Shown here: in pieces, positions 38,342-52,029 of the stretch
How positions within the stretch are numbered: the stretch's first letter is position 1
Layout: each line of letters begins with the position of its first letter
Made by a program: the position numbers and the translations under genes
DNA from: Balanoglossus misakiensis
Lineage: Eukaryota > Animalia > Hemichordata
Length of the DNA: 64,000 bases
Assembly: GCA_040954595.2 (NCBI GenBank)
Contig: CM082578.2
Coordinates: forward strand, 7,363,519 to 7,427,518
Direction of reading: 5' to 3'
Notes under the pieces: model-generated
Database searches by the model: none
The model's input: the letters and a program-made list of their open reading frames with translations, nothing else
What the model was told of the DNA's origin: nothing

Positions 38342-38480
38342 GTACTGAGTCTAGTATATTATTTTAACGTCTTACTCAAAACCTACCTACATGTACCAAT
38401 GGCAAATCCAAGCTTGTAGTCAACAATAATTCCCATACCTTGCCTCGTATCATGACCTACGATGTAATTACAGGGTCCAG

Positions 38481-38691
38481 TTGTGAACGAAGACGACACG
38501 TTAATAAGTCCGAAGCCAAACCTTTGGATTTGGAATTGACTCGGCTGAATTTGAAGCTGGATTGCAGTACAATGGCAGAAATTACAACCACCCCTGCAGG
38601 CCAAGTCTTTCAAAGGTCAACACCGTCAACATCATCAGCCGCACAATCATCATCCAGCAACATTGAAAGAGAAATGCAACAGCAGTATTAA
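38481..38691 (+). CDS. Possible alternative terminal exon of the GABA-B-like receptor
   Basis: The donor CA|GTAAGT at 38337 (phase 2) joins in frame to the CAG acceptor at 38480, giving HCERRR...LDLELTRLNLKLD...QQQY*. AATAAA lies at 38931. The acceptor pyrimidine tract is weak. Confidence 0.35.
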
Positions 38692-41600
38692 CGACAACTT
38701 AAGACCTCGTAGACCCCCTACACACCTGCAACAATTGACCAGGACAACAAGGTGAAAAACTGTAGTGGGTATCATCAAGTCGGCACTGAGAATACCAAGC
38801 ATGCTGACAACAAGTTGTACAGGGTTTTGATCTTCCCGCCAAAAATGGGTTCACGATTATGAGATGTCATCAATCTTAGCATTTACAACTAACAAAATAC
38901 TATAAATGCATTCTAAAAAGCATTCAGAGCAATAAAATCTACTATTTTGTGCATACATGTTGAAATACTCCGATGCACTTTTGAATTTTTTGTTTATTAG
39001 TCAGATATCTCGCCCGAATGTGAGATATTCAACTTTTTGTAACCATTTTAACTTCATTTTCGAATTTAAGTCGACATTTTATTATATGTCCATCATTTGC
39101 ACGCATGAAAGCCTATTTCTTGACAAAAAAATCTAAATTTCGAATCTTGAAATCGTGTCATGCTATGACTTTGGTGGATCGTAGACTTTTGAAAACGTGC
39201 CATTCACTGTTTTCTAAAAAAACACGCTTGTTGATTCAGGTATACATTATCCTCCCGGACCCGCAAAGCATATACGTTACTCTGTTTATTATCTAAATCT
39301 AACTTATGGTCTTGATAAGTCAGTGTGTTCATTTAAAACTTCAGGCACCGTTGATTAGCTATGTTCGTGCTCAGGAATCGAGTCTTTAGAACTATAGAAC
39401 TGAGTACTGTAGAAGTGTAGTCACGACCCAGGTTAGTGCTTGCTCTAGATCTTCGAAAGGGGTTCACGGATCTTATAAGAACAGTTTAACATGTAAAGAT
39501 TGAAACAATAGATGCGTTTTGTGTGATATTAGTTTAATTATTAGTACCAAGATCTGCAATCTCTCCATGACGTCACAACTCAAGATCAGTAATCTTTAAT
39601 TGCCAAAGAAGACGACAGTGTCAATTCAGGGAACTAATTTGTGGTGTTAAGATAGAATGTTCAGATTTTCTGTTGGTACAATGTATATTGCTTTTGTAAA
39701 TGTCACTGGAGACGCCCTACATTCACTTTAGGCCATTTACCCTCATTTCTCAATTGTGGTACATCAGATTGACATTGGGAATAGTCGTCATACCAAAACA
39801 CGTCTTGTTCCCTTTTATGAGAAATCACGACAACATCATGTATTTTTCCGAGAACCCGCGATACAATATACATTTTCCCAAGATTTTGATCTCGCATTAT
39901 TATTGTGTTGCTACTTTCAGAAGATGAGTAAATAATTGTATGTCCCCGGGCCAAGATAGCCTTATCATTCACGTATAACTGGCTGCAGATTGTTTAGCGT
40001 CTAGCTAGAACACGCCGCACTGTAGGTGACAGGAGATTGTTTATGGTATGGGTGTCGGCGTTGACGTCATACTGAACTTCATTATGACAAATGTATGAAC
40101 GCGAGATGAAGTTGGCGGTTTACCAATAGTGTCGCCTGCAGCGGAACTCGAGGCAAGCGCGCAGTGCATTGTGAAAACCGAAAACCTAGAACTTGCGCTG
40201 TACCACCACAATAACGGGGCACAGCACGTGAAACATCTCGCAATTCAGCTGTGTTTAATCTCTACGAAAATAGATCAGGCAATGACGCGTGGCAAATATG
40301 TGTACAGCAATACCAAGATGACACTTATTATTGTTCCCATAACTTTTTGAATACCACGTTTATATTTGTGGAATAATAATCACTCGGTAGCATGTGAACT
40401 ATTCAGGAATGTAGCACGATTAATAAGCACACATGTAATTGGGCCTTAAAGTACATGTATGACACATTTATTCAGTGAGTGGAGTCTGAAAATGGAATGT
40501 TTTGTTGCCTATGTATTTATGTGTAACTTATTCTTAGACTAGTAGTTTAAAATATGATTTCTTCTCGAAGGAGATAGCATTTAAATATTAAGAGATATTT
40601 TGCTAGTCATTAAAGATTTTGCAGTATAATTTGAATCTTGTTGTGCCTGGGCCTTTATTAGCCAAAAAGGAGGATTGTTTTTAATGGATTTGACAGAATA
40701 ATTTACATGTTCAGTGGTTTCTGATCACTTTTATGATAAAAAATCAACATATCTTTTCTTGATACATGTATGCTCTTGATAAAAGAGCATACAAAGATTT
40801 TGATATACACACAATTGGTCAACGCCATGCACCATTGTATGCAAATCATTTGGGTAATGTGCTTGGCATGGATGTCACACACGTGTAAATTTTGCATGTA
40901 TATGTCGATATTCCAGACGGCTTAAGCAAATGATGCAATATTCAGAATATCACTGCATATGATATGTGCGCTTTCTATTTATCAAAGATTTATTAGTACC
41001 TGGTTTTTCGCCACTAATACCTCTTAAGACTAGGCTTTCTCATCCGTCGCTCAAGGGCGCTCCCTGCCCCCCCCCCCCTCGACATCAAGCAACGGATTTC
41101 CCAGCCAAATGACAGTCTTTGCGCAGTTTTGACAATCATTAAACCAGCATGGAGTATATTTAACTTTGCGACCGCAAGATTCTTCAAGTCGCTCTGCGTG
41201 AAACTTTTATAATACATAGTGCATTTTGTGAAATGGGAGTAAACAATTAAAGAAAGTCGATATGATGGCTGGCCAGCCAAACTGGTTGCAAGGACGATAA
41301 TCTGAAGCGGCTCACAGCTATCCATTTTGCCGTCCTCCCAGAAGTCATGGAACGCTCATCAAACAGACCGCTCACTCTGGCTGATGGCGCTAATCTCCGG
41401 TAATGCGTGAAAAGCTCACCATGGACCGTTTAAGTCGCCGTGTTCCCCTTTCAGATCGGTTTTATCACTTTCAAAAATTGTGTATGCTTATACAATGTAC
41501 CTTGTGATCCGCAGTTTCTGAGAAATATATACTCTGTAAATAATTTAACAGTGCATCTTTGCCATTCCAACGGGATGTTGTCCTTTTTTTATTAAGAATA

Positions 41601-43089
41601 TCAAAAATGCACAGATGAGTAAAGATTTTTATGCACAAAAGTTGCAGTTTCATCGGTCGACCCTTTCCTTTTTCGATGGGGCAAATAATGCATGTACAAT
41701 TAAGGTATTTTCACACTAAGTCATTGAACGTGTTGGCTTCTATAAAAAAAATCCTGTACAACTGAGTGACGTACAAAGGTCACATTGTTTCACCGTCGTT
41801 TGAAGAAATGGAGATCGGATTTTTTGTACATTGGAAAATGTATATTCCTGCAGAGTGATTCACAGGTACTACCGTAGTTGTACATGTAGTCTCTATGTGT
41901 TCTCATCATAGTGACCGTTTGGTGGCGCACTCCCCCCCCCGCATAGACACCCTGATAGGCTGGATCTCAACGTTACAAGGTATATACGTGGCTAAATTTG
42001 CGTAGGGTGACCGTATACCTTTAAGTACATGTAAACTGCCCTTGCTTGTTTGCAGTACCACAGTGCAGTCAACAGCAACATATGCATATGTAGTACCATA
42101 TACCTTCAGGTATTCGAACTGTAATACATCTTTGGAGCTCGGTGTATAGGAGATGAGGATAATGAAAGTTAAACAAAAAATCGACAATCGCGCTGTAATG
42201 TCATGAACTGCGCATGTTCTTCAAGATGAGAGACGCGTTCATTGAAAACACAAGTGTGAATGTATTTGTAGGTGGGTGGCGCTGTTTAAACGTGCAGAAA
42301 TTCTGCATCTGTGCACATAGTAATTAACAGTTGAGGTTACAGCAACGGCAAACATCGATGCACCCAATAAATACAAAATGTACATTTCGAAGCCACACCA
42401 CACGTTTTTGGTGTTTGATCGGAATTGGTTAATTTGGGAACAAAATGCAGTGCGAGTGTTCACTAGCGACAAAGCACGGGTCAGCAACGACCTTCAATCT
42501 TAAAAAAGGGAATTTTAAGGGAGGGGGGGGGGGTGAAAGAAAAAACTCTGAACTTTCCCGAAGTGAAACATGATAAACATTGTTTATTTTGGTTTTGATA
42601 ATATAATTATCTATAAGAAGTTAGTTCGCGTGTATGAGTACCATCAATTATCAATTACAGTTCATTACAGCGATTGTTATCAAATGCCAATCACGTAACG
42701 CAATTATCTCCCGCTCCTGCTCCATACTATAATATTTACATGCACTCGCTGTCAGTTTCAACCTAGATAAAACAGGATTCAAGGCCGAACTCTCGCGTGC
42801 AATCACGTCAATTTAAATTTGATCTGATCGTAGGATTGAGGTCCCAGTGGCCAAGCTTTGCCGTGATAATTGTATTAGAAGAACAAAAACGCACTACCAT
42901 TTGGGTAACGAAATAAATTACTCTTTACTCTGTGGTTAGTGCGAACGACAGAAATATGACATCACGTGACTATCTTGTAAAGATCAGTCAAGGGCCATAT
43001 TCTGAGCCGTCTTACACAACGAACGATTTGAGTAGGCCTGTGTTGCTGTGTATTTCGCAAGAAAAAAGGTCACTTTTGACCAGTGGGGC

Positions 43090-43215
43090 TGACGTCAATA
43101 TCATGCAGTATCTTAATTGATAAGCTTAAGGTATTGTGATCACGTTGGATAGATGACAAGACCGTCGTCGTTTGCGACATCGACCGGGACATCGTCTCTT
43201 GTGTATAAATCTGAG
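43090..43215 (+). promoter_or_regulatory. Candidate upstream non-coding exon or promoter of the EGF gene
   Basis: CRE palindrome TGACGTCA at 43090 and a consensus donor GAG|GTGAGT at 43215. A downstream acceptor TTTTTGCAG at 44996 needs a partner donor. Confidence 0.35.
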
Positions 43216-45022
43216 GTGAGTACATTTCTTCGCTGTTACTATTCTCGTAACGGCATCGAGAAAATGGCTGATGAACCTGCGCAAGCATGTACTTGTAAGG
43301 GTATAGCGTTCTCCCCTGTGCAGAATTGTGCATTTTATCACTTTTCTTGCGTTCGCATCCACTGTACATGACCGAGAAATAAAAAGGCAACGTGCATGGC
43401 GGCCTGCAGTTAATGGCGCCTATTGACTCAACCACTGCAAATTCGCTGCTGAATATCGACGTTCTGCTGTGAATATTAAATCGAGGAAAGTGGGACGCGT
43501 GGGGCTCAGTTCCTGATGCCGTGTAGGCCTACGTAAAGGCTGATTATCGTGGCGGGAAACAGCACAGCGCATAATTCTTCAGTTATAAGACGCAACATCA
43601 TAAAGAGATCGCAGTTAGAAAAACAATTATATCGCGATAAAAGGAAACTATATTGATGGAAGCTATATATTTATTCACAGACATAACAGGGGAACACACG
43701 TGTATGCAGCTGCATGTCGGATGAAAAGGCGCTGTTCATACCATGACGTACCGAGTGAGAACTTTAATCTGCACGTTCACTGTTGCTGTTGTATTAAGTA
43801 CAAGCCAAGCAGGTGAGGCAAGACACATGCCTTTCTCTCTGTCTCCCTTTCTCTCCTTCGCTGCCTCTGTCTGCCTCTGACTACATGTATCTCTCTTCTC
43901 GTGGTCTGCTTGCTCTACATTTTAAACACGTCGCGTGAATACCGCGAGAGGTCATATCAAATTATCATTTTACGTATCCAGATTTCGGCCCCCAGTTGGC
44001 CTATTTCCCCACCTTTTCCACAAATTGAATGGCCACCTGCGTTGGCGTTCTGTAATTTCCTTGTTGTACGAACACCACTGAGGTAATTTTCCATCCGAGA
44101 TCACTACGCCATCAGCCGTCTGCTGCACAAAGCAAGTGCGTCATAGCGTGAACCGCATCCCTGTCACATGCACGGCCCCTGTTATTACAATCATGCATTC
44201 ACTTTCTCGGCTATTTCAAACCATCGAAAATCATAGCCCACATATGCGTGTACAACGACAAACCATGTGACGTATTGTTTTTGAAAGAGAATAGTAGGTC
44301 GTCGCAGTGTCAAAATCATGCATATCATTACTTCGATAGATTTGAAAGAAGAATACTGATGATGTATTGTGGTTCAGCGAGACTGGATAGGTTCACCTGA
44401 CGTTTTGCGCAATTACAGTAAACGTACTCACTGCAGAGCAAAGAAGCTCTCGTTATACAATATTTACCACCCTTTCTATAACAGAGGCTGCAATGGCCGA
44501 CCTGTCTGCGTATGTACATGTACAGTATGGATGATTAATCACCATAGCCCTGTCCTACATTCACCTCAACAATATATATATATAGCCCTGCACGTTGCAA
44601 TCGTTCGATTGATACGTGTGTTTCCTCCGACGCACTGACGACATTATACAAGGTATTTTACCTATACGGACAAGCCGGGGTGATATTAATAGAACCACCA
44701 ATTATAATCTATCCGTCCATGACACGACAACACTCCCAACCACTAGTCGCTATCACCCCCACCCACCCACACGTTCACATAAAAATCAAGTACTTATATA
44801 TATGTATTTTATAAAACCAATACTTATGCGAGTGGAAAACTGTGAACCTACTTAAAATCTCATCGTTCAAACGTTAAAGCGGTTTCGTCAAACAGTTACT
44901 ATGGTTACCACCACCCCTCGCTGAAGTTACGTGGTAATTTCTCGATACATTCTTATTCAAATAAGATTAGCTCGTGGTGAATATTGCTTTTTGCAGGGAC
45001 CCACAAATCACTCGCCGTCACG

Positions 45023-46018
45023 ATGGTTTTATGCAGTGAGAGTTATCCTCAAATTTGGGAACACAATATTTGAATTTCGAATCGAAATATAAACCACTGT
45101 CTCTTACGGCAGTTAATTGGAAGGTGTTAATTCATCCGACAAAACCGTAGCGGTATCGTCGTGTTTTATTCCCGATATTTACTTTCACAGCAATCGTGTG
45201 CGAAGGTTGGTGTTACCCGTCAGGAGTGTGTCAGTCGACGGGAACGCAGTGCGGTTGCAACCAGTCGTACGTGGTGTCGAACTGTAGACACCGCCTGACG
45301 CCAGACACTGGAGGTAGGTGTGTAGTGAGATCTCGCCCCTCCCTTGCAATACAGCGCAAGATTTTATTCTCAGACCATGTTCGATGAAGTAAAGGGTTGT
45401 GCTCGCACGCACGCACGCAGGATCTGATTTGAAAAATTGGTGCGCGCGGACTATACCTACATGTACGACCTATAAGCTATTTCTAGGATTTGAAATTTGT
45501 GATATTGGATTTTCCACGCATCATTAACAACAATGCGCTGTATATAAACTAAGCAATAGTATGCTATTTTACGAAGAGCATAATGGTATGGTGGTCGATA
45601 ACGATACAGTAAGCGAATTATAGTACGGTGAAACGATTAGACATGGTGTGAGGGAGAAACAGAAATGCGCAATTCGGTAGCGTGAGTTGGTGATCGTAAA
45701 AGTGAATTAGCCTACACTATAAAATAATTGATACACCACCAAATATATGTGACCGTCGATATAGAGCTAATCGTCTGACCTCACGGCGTATGAGTTATGG
45801 AACCGAGACAATGTGTATGCGTCAGATATCATGTCAATACCGTAGCATACTAATTTAGTGTCAACGATTCCAGCTGCTTGCAGTGGCAAATGCAACAATG
45901 GCGGCACGTGCATCGTGCACAATGGCCTACCGATCTGCGTGTGTGCAGGGGAATTTTATGGATCACTCTGCCAATATGTGCGACAAGGTAAGCAGTGCTT
46001 CTTTTCTGATTAATCCCA

Positions 46019-46054
<36 letters not shown>

Positions 46055-48798
46055 AACTGTCTGTCTGTCTGCCTGCCTGCCTGTATATATTACACTGTTA
46101 CGTACCTAGTGACCGCTGTTCACCATAAAAGCCTCATTTTATCCCACTAATGTTGTTTTCCGCAAGTTAAGAGTAATACACGATCATTTCGGATTTTATG
46201 ACGGCTACTGGCCCCAGGGCGATCCGGCGTGTGGTTTAATTTGAACATTATTGTCGAAATCAATAATTGCGGATTGACACAGCGTTCTGCATGACACAGA
46301 TTAGAACGGTTTGCTGTCAACAACAAAAATCGAGATTTTAAGACATCCTTTTTCACACAGACCGTTGTCTGAAAGGATGTCAGAACGGTGGAACGTGTCA
46401 GACACTGAAGACAGACACCATGAATCAGACTAAGGGTGTGTGTCTATGTTCTTCTCATTTCTATGGCGATCTGTGCCAATTCAACGCAACTGGTAAGTTT
46501 AAAGGGACAAAGTCTCTCTCTCTCAGTGTACCCTTGCCATTAATTATGTTTGATACAAGACACCGTTTATGTTATTCTGGGTTACTAAATTTTACCAAGC
46601 AGCTTGTCAAAATTTATCCAGAAAGTGTACTTTCTGTAAGTATTCAATTGTTTCCTCCTTTGCTGAAAGATTGCCCAGAGCCCTGTCTGAACGGAGGAGT
46701 CTGTCAAAATGGAAACTGTCTGTGCACGAAGTATTTCACAGGATCAAGGTGTCATCTGAAGACAGGTGAGAATGTCTTACATGTCGTCAGAAAATGTCAG
46801 CACCTTTGTGTGTTTCCAACTGCTTGAAGTTGCCAGTCATGTTCTCAATAGAGAAAGTATCATACAGCAAGGCACTGCGCATGATCAGCAATACTTGAAT
46901 AAATCAAATATTGGAAGTGATCCTTTGGACATGGTAATGATTGCTTTGCACGTGTCAACTTTATTATCCTTACTATCCAGTGACGTTTACTTCTCTGATT
47001 ATTTCTCAACCTCCCATAGGACACTGCGAATCGGAAGCTGCTTTCTTTGACCGGAGACAGAAACACGGCAAGCGTAAGTGTCCCAATATCAAGATTGTGA
47101 AGTATAGTGGGCAATCACAGATCAGTATGTGTGTCTGTGTGTGTGTTTGTACCATTAATCTCGGGCCGTAGGGGTTATCATGTCATGATTGTTGTCATGA
47201 CGATCCGGTAAAGTGATAGTCCAACTCCTGCCACACCGTGTAGTGGAAGCAGTGTAACGTAAAAGGGCGCTGCAGCAACCCCCCCCCCCCCCAACGACAT
47301 TCATCGCGGGGTAGCCTATTTTAGATTACTGACAGCGTTTAATCTAAATGGCAGTTCGCCTTCTCTCTCGAGAGAGCCCATTGACATTTATGGAACGTGG
47401 GCTCCATGGAGACGAGCGAGCACTACAATTCCCAGAAGAGTAGCCTGGATTTCGCAGAAGAGCATATTTTCTTTAGATGTGTGGAGCAAATTATTGATTT
47501 TTTATGGAAGGAAGCATATGACGCTGTGTGATGCTGAAGTAAAAACTAGATTTACTGAATTTATGGCGTTTATTTTACACTCTCAATGCCCACACTATCA
47601 TCATAGCACCCAAACTGAAACATCAAATTCACGAATTAACATAGTTTAGAAAATGAATCTGAACCTTCTTCCGATGTCTAAATGATTTTTCCTCAGAAAT
47701 TTGATACCTGATTGCAAGTATCTGGCTGCTGTAATCGACGTTAATCTCTCATGGCGTAAATCGAACTATACTCCAACCAATCTCTGATAATTTGCTATTC
47801 TTGTCAGATTTTTATAGCTACGACCTACATTGTCACATATCCATGTAAGGTTACATGTACATGGTGAACCACTATATTATTTTTGTGAGGACCTCGAGCG
47901 TAATGCCAACACCGTAAAAACGTCGGACTGTTTAATATACTCTTTTATGTGTGCGTATTCCTGCAGAATTGTCGCCGGGAAACATTGCAACAATCGTGGT
48001 GATTGCGTTCTCGACCTTGTGCCTGGCTTTCGGAGTAAGATTCTACAAGAAATGGAGAATAAAGCGATACATGCGAAGACGCCTCCAAGCGAACCGAAAT
48101 GACGTCCCCAACAACAGGGCATGTAAGTTTATAAATCCAGTGATCCAATTTTCTAAAGTCTAGGTGAACTGTAATTGGACAGCGCGGAATATATTTGGCT
48201 TAAACTGTGCTCGAAGATTTCAATTTATCCCGTGCGCATGCATGCAGTCGCATTGACAGACTAAAGTCATTATGACAGACTATCAAAAACGTCGCCGTCT
48301 TTTCCTCAAAAAGGGATATTCTACGTAACACTGTGTCTTTGTTTAGTGCTAATAGTAAGCACAGAACCATAGACCTCTGGGGTCTTTGACAGAACCATGT
48401 ACATGTATCCTATTGTTTTCTCTCTCCAAAACTCAAAACGAATTTCATTTCTCTATGCAGGGTTAGAAAGAAACTCCTCGCATCCTGGTGTTAACTTCGT
48501 GCAGATACCAGACCTCCACTTATCGTCGGTCCATCCGCCCTCAGCGGTTACCATGACTCCGTCGACTTCAAACTCCAGCACGACCGGCGCCCAACCCTTT
48601 TCCCCGAGCAGCGATGACGTGGCAGGCATGAGTGGTGTCGATGTTGTGAATCGCGATCGGGGCGCGGACGAGGACGTCGCTATGGCAACTGGGGAATCCG
48701 AAATGCCGCCACCCTACGAGTCGGTGGTCAACCCCGAGAACTCAAAATCGAGCGTCAGGTACCAGGAACTCAGTTGTCGCTACCTAGACCAATCATAA
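45023..48798 (+). CDS. Single-pass membrane protein with four EGF-like repeats and a cytoplasmic PPPY motif (about 341 aa)
   Basis: Exons 45023-45035, 45191-45313, 45874-45987, 46361-46492, 46670-46765, 47020-47073, 47967-48122 and 48461-48798, with all introns phase 1 and GT-AG. Four 6-Cys EGF exons (CNNGGTC, CQNGGTC, CLNGGVC). The TM IATIVVIAFSTLCLAFGV is followed by basic RFYKKWRIKR, and the tail carries MPPPYESV and YQEL. The start codon is uncertain. AATAAA lies at 49748. Confidence 0.85.
46019..46084. repeat. (CTGT)n/(CTGC)n microsatellite
   Basis: Read directly. Confidence 0.93.
48361..48395. mobile_element. 21-bp mini-element or footprint with 8-bp TIR and 7-bp TSD
   Basis: ACAGAAC | CATAGACC TCTGG GGTCTTTG | ACAGAAC; the TIRs match at 7/8. 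Confidence 0.55.
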
Positions 48799-51700
48799 CA
48801 CACGTTTTGCATAGTTTGTGTGGATGGACCATGTTTTAATTTTGAAACATTTGCACATCATAAAATCCACTGTTGATGTATAGGCTTCGCTGATAATATA
48901 ACGACCAAGCGTCATTAATTTCCTTTTCTCTGTTTTCTGTGAAGGATGGGTCAGTATGATTTTATAAAAGTGACCATTTGTGGTTGGCCCTGGACGGATT
49001 ACTTATTACGATGTAATCGTCATTGTACTTATTGCATTTCATAAATTGATAAAGGCGTGGTCTTGCTATATATTACAACTTGGTTCGTCTATTGCTGATA
49101 CACTTACATTTCGGCGTCCCCAAGTTAAGGCTGTCTTTTATTATACTTTTTGTGTTTTTCCTTTTTAATAGAGTAAAAACAATCTTGTCGAGAACGTATT
49201 CCTTCTATTAATTGTCATTAATTTATTCACACACATTACAATAGGAAATTCCAATCTTCTATCACTTTAATGCTGGCTACGTTGACGGAGAAAATGCTTC
49301 ACACACACCGACTTTTTACGGATTTGAACAAGACTAGTATAGATAGACCACAATAAGTTCATATTTGGATCTGTTAAATCAAAGCAGCGTGACAACACAA
49401 TATTGAAGACGTTGGGTATCTTCAATTTCTGACACTGCCGTATGACTGAATTTCAGGATACAAAATGTGCAGGCCTTTTGTAGCTGTTCGTTCCTGTCCT
49501 CACAATTCAACATTTCACAAGTCAACCATTCAGACGGAATAGACAGACATTTCCTGTCATGGCATTTAGACTATTGCGACTATATGAAGTTGATTCATGT
49601 GTGATGCATAATTTATGAGATTGCCGTTCACCGCATTTCACATGCGTATTTCTTAGTACTTGATAACTCCCGCTTGAAGAAAGAGACTTGATATGACAAT
49701 GTGCAAATGACTATATATAGCGTATGTTCAGTTACTATAATGTAAGGAATAAAACGTTCTTGTTTTCCGAATTCGGTATTTCTGTTATTATTATTGGTGT
49801 GTTTTGGCCTTTATTTTCATTAGAAAGTGATTAGCATGTGGCGTCTAAAATATTCAACATGCACTGACAAAAATAATATTGACTTCATAATTTACAGATG
49901 ACAGACGTTAACAGCAATAACCAGATATCAGAGTTTAAAATTATGCAATCATCGCGAATCTGGATGATGTAATGCTCATCAAATTCGTCTCACGGCTCCA
50001 GTCCCAAGTTTTCACGATTTCACTCGCGGGGTGGCGATATCCGCCCTCAAGCGACAACGCTTACACGAACAAGGGTATCGACAGAGCAAGTGCTTGGCGG
50101 CGCTGTCGTTTACTGCGTGACACTTGGAGGCTCGCTCTATGCGGCCAAGGGTTCCACTAGGGTGCCCATGCGGTCCACCCGGAGCATCAATTTGTTCTTG
50201 CTCATTTAACAGTCGCGCAGCGGAAAATCGAGCTTCTGTGACTCCTGGCACTCCAATATCCGGTACGCAAATGATTGATGATATAGTTTCGCCACATGTA
50301 TCTCCCCGGCTTCACACGTAAAAAGTGTCAAGTGAACAATGCGGTCACTTTCTCTGCTGTCCGCTGTCTGCTTATGTATAGTTTTGTAAGACAATGATAC
50401 ATTGTGATGGCTCCGAACTATTGTCTAAACATCATGTTCAAGGACAGCAAGAATTGAGAACGGCAGGTGACGATGTTTTATTTCGCATCAATCTTGCGCG
50501 CCTCCACGTATGACACGTCACCCCCGCTGGCCGACTCGGATAACGCCATGTGGAAACGACCCCAACGCTGCATTGGTTTGACAAACCACGGGTGTTGTTC
50601 TCGTCTGCGATAAATAATATCGAAAACTGCTGAGAGAATGTCGGTTACACGCACTGTACATTAATTCTCACTGACAAAAAACACCCCAAACGTATCACTG
50701 TTTATTGAAATCAGAAGAGTCGTTTCGGCTGACAATACTGATAATAATGCCGGGTAAACCACATAGCCAATTTAAAAGAGTCCCGGGTTGGGGCGCCGCA
50801 AGTACATCCCCAGATCCACTCTTTCGTCACAATGCAGCGACTAATCTTCTTTCTACCACAAACGGATTTTTTTACAAAGAAAGTTTTGTGCAAACTCAGT
50901 ATCAACAGTGGTGTAGTTACACCCGATGACAGTGAACTTGAAGCCTTCGGGTTATTGTTAAAATAACTCCATCCCCGGCCCCTTTAAAGTTGGTACCTTT
51001 GTGTGTACACGAAGGCGACGTTCGGAGTTGGAAAGGATGTCGAGGTCACTGGCTCTGACGCACAGCGGAAAAAAAGATACTTGCAGCACAAAAGTTTTCT
51101 CTTTCAGAAATTCACGGTGCTCATCGCACTTTTGTCATGACACTCGCTAAAATGCCACGAGTTGCCCATAACTATATCATCCAATCACCGCTGTATTGAT
51201 GATAACCCAATTTCTATCAATCCCTGAAAGGCGTATGCACTTTTTTATGACAAGCAGCTCAGTTCGCCTTTATCTTGCAAACACACGAAATTGCTGACGT
51301 CGGATATTTCAAAAGGAGGACCGAGTAATTGAAATCATATAAAATAACAACAGAAGAAGGGAGGGGGGAGTTGAGATTTTGGCTGCGTGTACTTTCGTTG
51401 TCACGCGGGTCGGTGACTCCACCCAATGTACTAGCATTTACGTCAGGACATAAAAAAGATGATTGGGTAGTTCTCATTGTCGCTTTCTTTCATCGGCGAA
51501 ATCATGGCGGTGAAAAATTAGTCAATAATGTAAACATCGTGCACTTGCTACTACTAATCAAAAATCATGTACACATTTTTACGGGAACGTCTCCGTCCCT
51601 TCTGAACCAATCAGGCAATCAGCAGATCACTTATAGTTCAGCAACTGATTAGTTCGGGCAAAAAACGCAAACAAGTGCGAATCTGTGTTTTTAAATAGAG

Positions 51701-52029
51701 GGAAAGATCATCCAGTTTGACAAATGTACGCCAGATAAATTAAAACCCAAGAACGGACTGGCTTTCGCAGATGTCTGCTTTGGCAACTTTGACCGATCGC
51801 CGAAACGTTAATCATTCCATTCACTGTACCTCCCTGGTTTTCGAAAAAATCGCCTGATTGAAGTTTGCAAGTCTCCAAAGACATTTGTTTTAGTGTAGCT
51901 GATTACAGAAATCGGTGTTTACGAAGTCTGGGATAGTTGTAGAATAGGATTTCTTTTTTTCAATTTTGTGGCGATGCAATTCATAATCCGCCGAGTACGG
52001 ATAGCAGCCCATTGCCAGCATTTATGAAC

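Noticed and set aside
49972-50394. GC-richer stretch with overlapping short ORFs
   Set aside because: No recognisable protein motif in any frame and no consistent splice signals.
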